DNA of 20,627 nt from assembly GCA_012295275.1 (NCBI GenBank), contig SMMR01000017.1:1-20627 (forward strand), written 5' to 3'. This document shows positions 11,901 through 20,627 of this stretch, piece by piece. The position numbers were made by a program, and so were the translations under genes. The first letter of the stretch is position 1. Every line of letters begins with the position of its first letter. This DNA is from Chrysomallon squamiferum. Taxonomy: Eukaryota; Animalia; Mollusca. A model generated the notes under the pieces. It saw nothing but the letters and a program-made list of their open reading frames with translations, was not told the DNA's origin and made no database searches.

Positions 11901-14900
11901 AAAATAGTAGCCTAAGTGAAAGTACATTAACAGTTATCTAACTAAAGAAAAAATTAAAAGTAAGTAAATAATGAAAAAAGTAAAAGGCCTAAATATGCAG
12001 GTATGCAAGTTTCTAAGTAAGTAGGAGGAATGCAAGTAAGTACATTAACAATTATCTAGTAATAAAAAATTAAATTAATTAATTAAAAAAATGACCCTAA
12101 GTAAAAAGGGAGCAAGTAGCTAAAGTAAATCAGGATGGAAGTCAGTTACATTTTACAATTTTGGTTGGAATGTAAAAGTGGAAACTAACTTAGCTAGTCA
12201 TAATTTGTTGTTGGAGGAGCCAGTACTAAAAGTTAGTAAATAGTAGCCTAAGTAACTTTACATTAACAGTGATCTAACTAAGAACAAAAAAGTAAGTAAA
12301 TTGCATGAAAATGGTGATCTAAGGATGGCAGGGCTGAGGCAAGCTAGCTAAGAGAAATACAAATTTGTACATTAACAGTTATCTAAAGTAAGACATAATT
12401 AAAGTGCATGAAATAATGACCTAAAGTAAAAGCAGGGATGCAGAGTTACTAAGTTAGTAGGAGGGAATGCAAGAGTAAGTACATTTAACAATTATCTAAG
12501 TAAAAAATAAATTTTAGTACTTACATGGAAATGGCCTAAGGCTAAGGAAGGGAGGAAACAAGTAGCTAAGTAAGTAGGAATGCAAGTCATTACATTAACA
12601 ATTATTGTGTGGGAGTAAGAATGTAAAGTAAAGTGTTTAACTAGTGACCCTAAGTTGTGAGGGGAGAATAAAATAAGTAAATGAAAATAAAATAAGCCTA
12701 AGTAAATTACATTAACAATTTATCTAACTAAAAAAATTAAAGTAAAGTAAAGTGAAATAATGACCAAAGTAAATGGCAGGTATGCAGTTTTTCTAAGTAA
12801 AGTGGGAATGCAAGTAAGTACATTTAACAATTTATCTAAGTAATAAAATAAATTAAGTAATTTGCATGTAAAAATAAAAGTGACCCTAAGTAAAGCAAGG
12901 AAGCAAGTAGCTAAGTAAAATCAGGATGGAGTCATTACATTTTACATTTATGGAGTAAGGAATGTAAGTAACTTAACTTAACTAATATCATATGAAGTTA
13001 GTAGGGGATAAGTAAGTTAGTAAATAAATAGTACCCTAAGTAGCTTACATTAACAATTTATCTAACTAAGAACAAAAAAAAGTAAAAATTGCATGTAAAA
13101 TAGTGATCTAAGATGGGAGGAAGCAGGCAACTAAGAGAGAAAATACAAATTTGTACATTTAACAATTATCTAAAGTAAGGAGACATAATTAAAGTGCAAA
13201 AATGCCCCCTAAGTAAGCAAGGGATGCAAGTTACTAAGTTGGTAGGGAATGCAAGTTAAGTACGTTAACAATTATCTAAGTAAGAGAATAAAATTTAGTA
13301 CTTACATGGAAATGGTAGGCCCCTAAATAAAAGGAAGGAAAGCAAGTAGCTAAGTAAGAAGTGAGGAATGCAGAGTCATTACATTTAACATTTATGTGAG
13401 GTGGGGAATGTGAAATAAAGTGTTTAACTAGTGACCTAAGTTAAGTGGGGAGGAATAGATAAATGTAAGTGAAATAAAATAGTAACCTAAGTAAAAGTAC
13501 ATTAACAATTTATCTCTAAAAAAAATAGGAATTAAAGTGCATAAAGTAAAAATGAAATAAAGTAAGCAAAATATGCAGGTTTCTAAGTAAAGTAGGAATG
13601 CAAGTGAAATTACATTAACAATTTATCTAAGTAATAAAAAAATTAAGTAAGTGAATTAAATAAAATGGTGACCCTAAGTAAGCAGGGAGCAAAAGTTAGC
13701 TAAGTAGAAGTCAGGATGGAGTCATTTACATTTTACAGTTATGTGATGTAAGAATGTAAGTTAACTTACTTAACTAATAGTATCATGTAAGTTGGCAAGG
13801 AGCAGCAAAGTAAGTTTAGTAAATAGTAGCCTAAGTAAGTACATTAACAATTTATCTAACTAAGAACAAAGTAAAGTAAAATTGCATAAATAAAGTGATC
13901 CTAGGATGGCAGGAAGGGCAGCTAACTAAGAGAAACAAGCAAATTTGTACATTAACAATTTATCTAAGTAAAGGGACATAATTAATTAAAAGTACATAAA
14001 AAATAGTGACCTAAAGTAAAGCAAGGGATGCAAAGTTACTAAGTTAAGGTAGGGAATGTGCAGTTAAGTACATTTAACAATTATCTAAGTAAAAGAATAA
14101 ATTTAGTACTTGCATAAATGAAATGGTCCTAGGCTAAAAAAGGGAGGGAAACAAGTAGCTAAGTTAAAGGGTGGGAATGCAAGTCATTTACATTTAACAA
14201 GTTATGTGAGTAAGGAATGTGTAAGTAAAGTGTTTTTAGCTAGTGACCTAAGTTGGGAGGGAGATAGAAGTAAGTAAAGTAAAAGTAGCCTAAGTAAGTA
14301 CATTAACAATTTATCTAAAAAAATACAAATTAATTAAGTAAGTAAAGTAAAAATGACCCTAAGTAAAAAGCAAAGGATACAGGTTTCTAAAAAGTAAGTG
14401 AGGAATGCAAGTAGTAAAGTACATTTAACAATTATCTAAGTAATAAATAAAATTAAGTAAATGCATGAAATAGTGACCCTAAGTAAGGCAGGGAAGCAAG
14501 TAGCTAAGTAAATCAGGATGGAGTCAGTGCATTTTACAGTTATGTGAGTAAGAATGTAAGTAAGTAACTTAGCTAGTCATCCATAGAGTTAAGGGGCCAG
14601 TAAGTTAGTAAAATAAGTAGCCTAAAGTAAAGCTACATTAACAGTTATCTAACTAAGAAAGAAAGTAAAGTAGTAAAGTGCATAAAATGGTGATCTAGGA
14701 TGGCAGGGAGGCAGGCAGCTAAGAGAAAATGCAAATTTGTACATTAACAAGTTATCTAAGTAAAGGAGACATAATTAAGTGCATGAAAATAATGCCCTAA
14801 AAAAAGCAGGGATGCAGGTTACTAAGTTAGTGAGGAATGCAAGTTAAGTACGTTAACAATTATCTAAGTAAGAATAAATTTAAGTACTTGCATAAATGGA

Positions 14901-17900
14901 AAAGGTGGCTAACCTAAAAGGAAGGAAAGCAAGTAGCTAATAAGTGGGGAGGAATGCAAGTCATTCATTTACACAATTTAGTTTATTAAGTAAGGAAAGT
15001 AAGTAAAGTGTTTTAACTAGTGACCCTAAGTTGGTGAGGGAGAGGAATAAAAAGTAAAGTAAATAAAGTAGCCTAAGTAAAATTTACATTAACAATTTAT
15101 CTAACTAAAAGAATACAAATAAAATTAAGTGCATGTAAAAATGGCCAAGTAAGTAGTAAAAAAGGGATGCAGAGTTTCTAAGTGGGTGAGGAATGCAAGT
15201 AAGTAAATTGCATTAACAATTTATCTAAGTAATAAAATAAATTTAAATTAATTAATTGCATAAAATGAGTGACCTAAGTAAGCAAGGAAGCAAGTAACTA
15301 AATAAATCAGGATGGAGTCAGTCAGTACATTTTACAATTATCTGAGTAAAATAAATGTAAGTAACTACTTTAACTAATGTCATAAGTTAGTAGGGAGCCA
15401 GTAAGTAAAGTAAAATAGTAAGCCTAAGTAAAGTACATTAACAGTTATCTAACTAAAAGAAACAAAGTGAAGTAAAGTGCATAAAATAAGTGATCTAGGA
15501 TGGCAGGGAGGCAGGCAACTAAGAGAGAAATACAAATTTGTGCATTAACAATTATCTAAGTAAGGAAGACATAATTAAATTGCATGAAAAATAATGACCT
15601 AAGTAAAGCAGGGATGCAAGTTACTAAGTTGGTAGGAATGCAAGTTAATTACGTTAACAATTATCTAAGTAAGAATAAATTTAGTACTTACATGAAAAGT
15701 GGAGGCCCTAAAATAGGAAGGGAACAAACAAGTAGCTAAGTAAGTAGGAATATGCTAAAGTCATTTACATTTAACAATTATGTGAGTAAGGAATGTAAGT
15801 AAGTGTTTAACTAGTGACCCTAAGTTGGAGAGGGAATAAGAAAGTAAAAAAAAATAGTAACCTAAAGTAAGTACATTAACAATTTATCTAACTAAAAAGA
15901 AAAATTAAAATTAAGTAAATAAATAATGACATAAAGTAAGCAAAAGTACATTATGCAGGTTTCTAAGTAGAGGTAGGAATGCAAGTAAGTGCACATTAAC
16001 AATTATCTAAGTAATAAAATAAATTAAATTAGTAAATAAAAAATGGTGACCTAAAGAAAGCAAGGAGGCAAGTAACTAAGTAAAATCAGGATGGAAGTCA
16101 GTACATTTTACAATTTGTGTGTAAGTAAAAGAATGTAAGTAACTTCTAAGCTAACTAAGTTGTCATAGGGTTAGAGGGGCCAGTAGGTTAAAAAATGAAA
16201 GTAGTAGCCTAAAGTAAGTACATTAACAATTTATCTAACTAAGAACAAAGTAAGTAAGTAAGTAATTGCATGTAAATAGTGATCTAAGAGATCCTAGGAT
16301 GGGGAAAGAGGCAACTAAGAGAAAATGCAATTTGTACATTAACAATTTATCTAAGTAAGGACATGAAATTAAAGTGTAAAGTAAAAATAATGACCTAAGT
16401 AAAGCAGGGATGCAAGTTACTAAGTTGGTAGGAATGCAAGTAAGAAGTACATTAACAATTATCTAAGTAAAGAATAAATTTAAGTACTTACATAAATGGT
16501 AAGACCCTAAAATAAAGGAGGGAACAAGTAGCTAAGTGAAAGGAGGGAATGCAAAGTCATTGCATTAACAATTATGTGAGTAAAGGAATGTAAAAGTAAA
16601 AGTGTTTAACTAGTGACCTAAGTTAAAGGGAGAGAATAAAGTAAGTAAAATAGTAACCTAAGTAAAGTACATTTAACAATTTATCTAACTAAAAAAATAA
16701 ATTAAATTGCAGTAAAATAAATAGTGACCTAAAAAAAGCAAGGGATACAAGTTTCTAAGTAAGAGTGAGGAATGCAAGTAAGTGCATTACATTAACAATT
16801 ATCTAATAATAAATAAATTAAGTAAATAAAGTAAATGGTGACCCTAAGTAAGCAAGGGAAGCAAAGTAACTACTATGAAATCAGGGATGGGAGTCAGTAC
16901 ATTTTACAATTTATGTAGAGTATAAAATGTAAAGTAACTACTTAGCTAATGTCATAAGTTGGGTTGGTAGGGGGCCAGTAAGTTAGTAAATAGTAGCCTA
17001 AAAGTAAGTACATTAACAATTTATCTAACTAAGAGAACAAAAGTAAGTAAAAGTAAGTAAAAAAAATAGTGATCTAAGATGGCAGGGAAGAAAGGAAGGC
17101 AGCTAAATAAAGAAAAAATACAAATTTGTACATTAACAAATTATCTAAGTAGGGAATTAATTAAATTGCATAAAATAATGAGCCTAAGTAAAAAGCAGGG
17201 ATGCAGAGTTACTAAGTTAGTGGGAATGCAAAGTTAAGTACATTTTAACAATTATCTAAGTAAGAATAAATTTTAGTACTTACATGAAATAGTGAGCCTA
17301 AAATATAAAGGAGGAACACAAGTAGCTAAGTAAAGTGAGGAATGCTAAGTCATTACATTTAACAAGTTATTGTGAGTAAAGAATGTAAGTAAGTGTTTAA
17401 CTAGTGACCCCTAAGTTGGGAGGGGAGAGAATAAGTAAATAAAAAAATAGTAAGCCTAAGTAAATTACATTAACATTTATTATCTAACTAAAATAAAATT
17501 AAGCAAGTAAAAAAAATAATAACATAAGTAAGCTAGGATGCAGGTTTCTAGAAGTAGGTAGGAATGCAAGTAAAGTACATTAACAATTTATCTAAGTAAT
17601 AAAATAAATTAAGTAATTAAATAAAATGGTGACCCTAAGTAAGCCAGGAGGCAAGTAACTAAGTAAATCAGGATGGAGTCAGTACATTTTACAATTTATG
17701 TAAGTAAATGAATAAGTAACTGCTTAACTAATATCATAGGTTAGTTGAAGGGGGGTAAGTAAGTAAAAGTTAGTAAAGAAAGTAACCTAAGTAGAAATTA
17801 CATTTAACAGTTATCTAACTAAGAAACAAAGTAAAAGTAAAGTGCATGAAATAATGAAGTGATCTAAGATGGCAGGAAGCAGGCAACTAAGAGAAAATGC

Positions 17901-20627
17901 AAATTTGTACATTAACAATTATCTAAGTAAGTAACAGTAATTAAATTGCATAAAAAAAATAATGCACCTAAGTAACAAAAAGGGATGCAAGTTACTAAGT
18001 TAGTGAGGAATGCAAGTTAAGTACATTAACAATTATCTAAGTAAGAAATAAATTTAGTACTTGCATGAAATAGTAGGCTAAAATAAGGAGGAGGAAACAA
18101 GTAACTAAGTAGAGTAGGGAATGCAAGTCATTACATTTAACAATTATGTGAGTAGGAATGTGAAGTAAAAGTGTTTAACTAAGTGACCCTAAGTTGGCAG
18201 GGAGAGAATAAAGTAAGTAAATAGTAACCTAAGTAAAGTACATTAACAATTTATCTATCTAAAAACTAAATTAAATAAAAGTGCAGAAGTAAATAATGGC
18301 CCTAAGTAAAAAGCAAGGTTGCAAGTTTCTAAGTAAGTGAGGAATGCAAGTAAAGTACATTAACAATTTATCTAAGTAATAAAATAAAATTAAAGTAATT
18401 AAATGTAAAAATGGTGACCCTAATAAGCAAGGAGAAAGGAAGCAAGTAACTAAGTAAATCAGGATGGAAGTCAGTACATTTTACAATTATGTAAGGTAGG
18501 AATAATGTAAGTAACTACTTAACTAATGTCATAAGTTTGCAAAAGGGAGCCAGTAAGTGAATAGAAATGAAAAGTAGCCTAAGTAATTACATTAACAATT
18601 ATCTAACTAAGAAAAAGTAAGTGAAGTAGCATAAATAGTGAGTAGATCTAAGATGGCAGGGAAGCAGGCAACTAAAGAAAAATACAAATTTGTACATTAA
18701 CAATTTATCTAAGTAGGAACATAATTAAATTGCATAAAAATATGGCCCCTAAGTAAAAGCAAGGGATGCAGAGTTACTAAGTTAGGTAGGAATGCAAAGT
18801 TAGTAGTGCAAAATTATTATCTAAAGTAAGAGAATAAATTTAGTACTTACATAAAAAATCAAATGGTAGGCCCTAGCTAAATAAGGAAGGAAACAAGTAA
18901 CTAAGTAAAAGAGGGAATGCAAGTCATTACATTAACAATTATGTGAGTAAGAATGTAAAGTAAGTAGTAAGTGTTTAAATTTAACCTACCTAAGTTGGGA
19001 GGGAGAAGAATAAATTAAGTAAATACAAGTAACCTAAGTAAAGTACATTAACAATTTATCTAACTAAAAAGAATAAATTTAAAGTAAGTAAAATAATGAC
19101 CTAAGTAAACAAGTAGGATGCAGGTTTCTAAGTAGAGTAGGAATGCAAGTAAATTACATTAACAATTATCTAAGTAATAAATAAATTAAGTAATTAAAGT
19201 AAAATGGTGAAACCTAAGTAAGAGGAAAAGTAAAAGTAACTAAAAGTAAATCAGGATGGAAGTCAATTTTACATTTTACAATTATGTGAAGTAAGGAATG
19301 TAAGTAACTAGCCTTAACTAATGTCATAGGAGTTAGCAAGGGGCCAGTAAGTTTAAGTAAAATAGTAAGCCTAAGTAAGTACATTAACAATTTATCTAAC
19401 TAAAAACAAGTAAGTAAATTGCATAAAAATGGTGATCTAAGATGGCAGGAAGCAGAGCAACTAAAGAGAAAAATACAAATTTGTGCATTAACAATTTATC
19501 TAAGTAAGGATTAAATTAAAGTGCATTAAAATAATGACCCTAAGTGCAAAGGGATGCAGAGTTACTAAGTTTGGTGAGGAATGCAAGTAGTTAGTACATT
19601 TAACAATTATCTAAGTAAGAAATAAATTTAGTACTTACATGGAAAATGGGCCCCTAAAATAAGGAAGGAAGCAAAGTAACTAACTAAGTAGAGAATGCAA
19701 AGTCATTACATTAACAATTATGTAAGAATAAGATGTGTGTAAAGTAAAGTTTTAACTAGTGAAGCCTAAGTTAAAGGGGAGAAGAGTAATTAAAATAAAA
19801 AATAAATAGTAACCTAAGTAAAGTACATTAAACATTTATTCTTCTAACAAATTAAGTTATCTTAGAAATAAGTAAATGAAATAAATTGACCTAAAAGAAA
19901 TGAAGATGCATGAAGAGTTTCTAAGTAGAGGTAGGAATGCAAGTAAAGTACATTAACAGTTATCTAAGTAATAAATAAATTAAGTAATTGCATGAAATGG
20001 TGACCTAAGTAAACAGGAAGCAAGTTAACTAAGTGAAGTCAGGATGGAGTCAGTGCATTTTACAATTTAATTATGTAATGCAAATAAGTAATCATAAGCT
20101 AATCAAAAGTTAATAAGTTTCAGTAAGTAAGTAGAAATAGTAACCCTAAGTAAAAGTACATTAACAATTTATCTAACTAAGAACAAAGTAAGTAAGTGCA
20201 TTAAATAGTGATCTAAGATGGGAGGCAGGCAACTAGAAGAAAATGCAATTTGTGCATTAACAATTATCTAAGTGGAGACATAATTAAATTGGCAAAACAA
20301 TGACATCTAAGTAACAAAGGGATGCAGGTTACTAAGTTGGGTGAAATACAAGTTGGTGCGTTAACAGTTATCTAAAGTAAAGAATAGATTTTAGGTGAAA
20401 ATAATGGTGAGCCCCTAAATAAAGGAGAACAAAAGTAACTAAATGAAGCAGGAGTGCAAATTGTTACATTAATTTAATTGAGATGGGAATGAGTAAAGTG
20501 TTTAACTAGTGACCTAAGTTAGGAGAGGAAGATTAATTGATAGCCAAAGTAGCCTAATTAAAATTTACATTTAAAACATTTATCTCATAAGAATAAATTA
20601 AATTTAAGTAAATAATGACCTAAGTAA
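8948..20627. repeat. Right block: 14 complete HOR copies plus 1 nearly complete copy, in strict A-G order
   Basis: Marker spacings are 754, 784, 779, 775, 791, 790, 802, 794, 779, 795, 787, 791, 792 and 788 bp (11001 bp over 14 intervals, mean about 786). The last copy starts at 19949 and is cut within monomer G. Confidence 0.96.
17576..18355 (+). repeat. Representative HOR unit (monomers A-G)
   Basis: TACATT core starts are A 17576, B 17683, C 17799, D 17908, E 18022, F 18132, G 18239 and next A 18356 (107, 116, 109, 114, 110, 107, 117 bp as read). Diagnostic words: A AAATCAGGATGG; B CATTTTACAA...TCATA; C GTGATCTAAGATGG...CAAATTTG; D GATGCAAGTTACTAAG; E AAATTTAGTACTT; F TATGTGAG...GTGTTTAACTA; G TGCAAGTTTCTAAG. 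Confidence 0.92.

Larger units (their letters stand above)
1..20627. repeat. AT-rich tandem satellite-like array: 7-monomer higher-order repeat, about 26-27 copies, running off both ends of the window
   Basis: The once-per-unit marker TCAG(G/A)ATGG(A)AGTC, or a degenerate version, occurs at about 127, 850, 1597, 2387, 3165, 3966, 4732, 5512, 6228, then 9038, 9792, 10576, 11355, 12130, 12921, 13711, 14513, 15307, 16086, 16881, 17668, 18459, 19251 and 20039. A second marker, CAAATTTGTACATT, recurs at the same period. All copies are in the same orientation and I found no unique sequence. Confidence 0.97.

Noticed and set aside
18927-18958. TACAT/ATGTA pair resembling vertebrate mitochondrial control-region TAS repeats
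   Set aside because: It is only a 5-bp match in AT-rich DNA. There are no conserved sequence blocks, tRNA or rRNA genes, and the array exceeds 20 kb.
1-20627. CRISPR-like pattern (conserved ~19-bp core separated by ~85-bp variable segments)
   Set aside because: The apparent spacers are homologous to one another, recur in a fixed cycle of seven and are too long. The core is short and variable, and there is no leader or cas gene.
1-20627. Repeat-protein gene hidden by frameshift errors or an alternative code (TAA/TAG = Gln)
   Set aside because: The periodicity is 4 bp rather than 3 bp, and the inferred monomer (104 bp) and HOR (~728 bp) are not multiples of 3. TAA falls in all + frames, and TTAA/CTAA words put stops on the minus strand.
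1-20627. Viroid-like or Obelisk-like circular RNA concatemer
   Set aside because: The unit is purine-skewed and C-poor, so it cannot form a rod-like fold. I saw no ribozyme core and no ORF, and the unit is itself internally repetitive.
1-20627. Canonical telomerase-type repeat (TTAGG or TTAGGG)
   Set aside because: Only isolated TTAGG or CCTAA words occur, never in tandem.

Overview
The whole 20,627-bp window is one head-to-tail, non-coding tandem repeat array (satellite-like). I see no supportable gene, RNA gene, mobile element or CRISPR array. The array has three nested levels. (1) A degenerate 4-bp GTAA/NNAA periodicity. (2) Monomers of about 104 bp (about 26 tetramers), each starting with the conserved core TACATTAACAATTAT(C/G)T. 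(3) A higher-order repeat (HOR) of 7 distinguishable monomers, here labelled A-G, which recurs every 715-800 bp as read (mean about 786 bp in the right half; inferred true length about 0.72-0.73 kb), giving about 26-27 copies. Monomers A/E, B/F and C/G are pairwise related, and G looks like a C/D chimera, so the duplication history of the HOR can be read from the sequence. Copy-to-copy differences are mostly homopolymer-length indels and A/G swaps, which points to an unpolished long read or low-coverage consensus. Between about 6150 and 8950 the 7-mer order breaks, with apparent extra D-E-F trimers. I cannot name the organism or satellite family, and I cannot tell a chromosomal satellite from a rolling-circle concatemer of a ~0.73-kb circle using this window alone.
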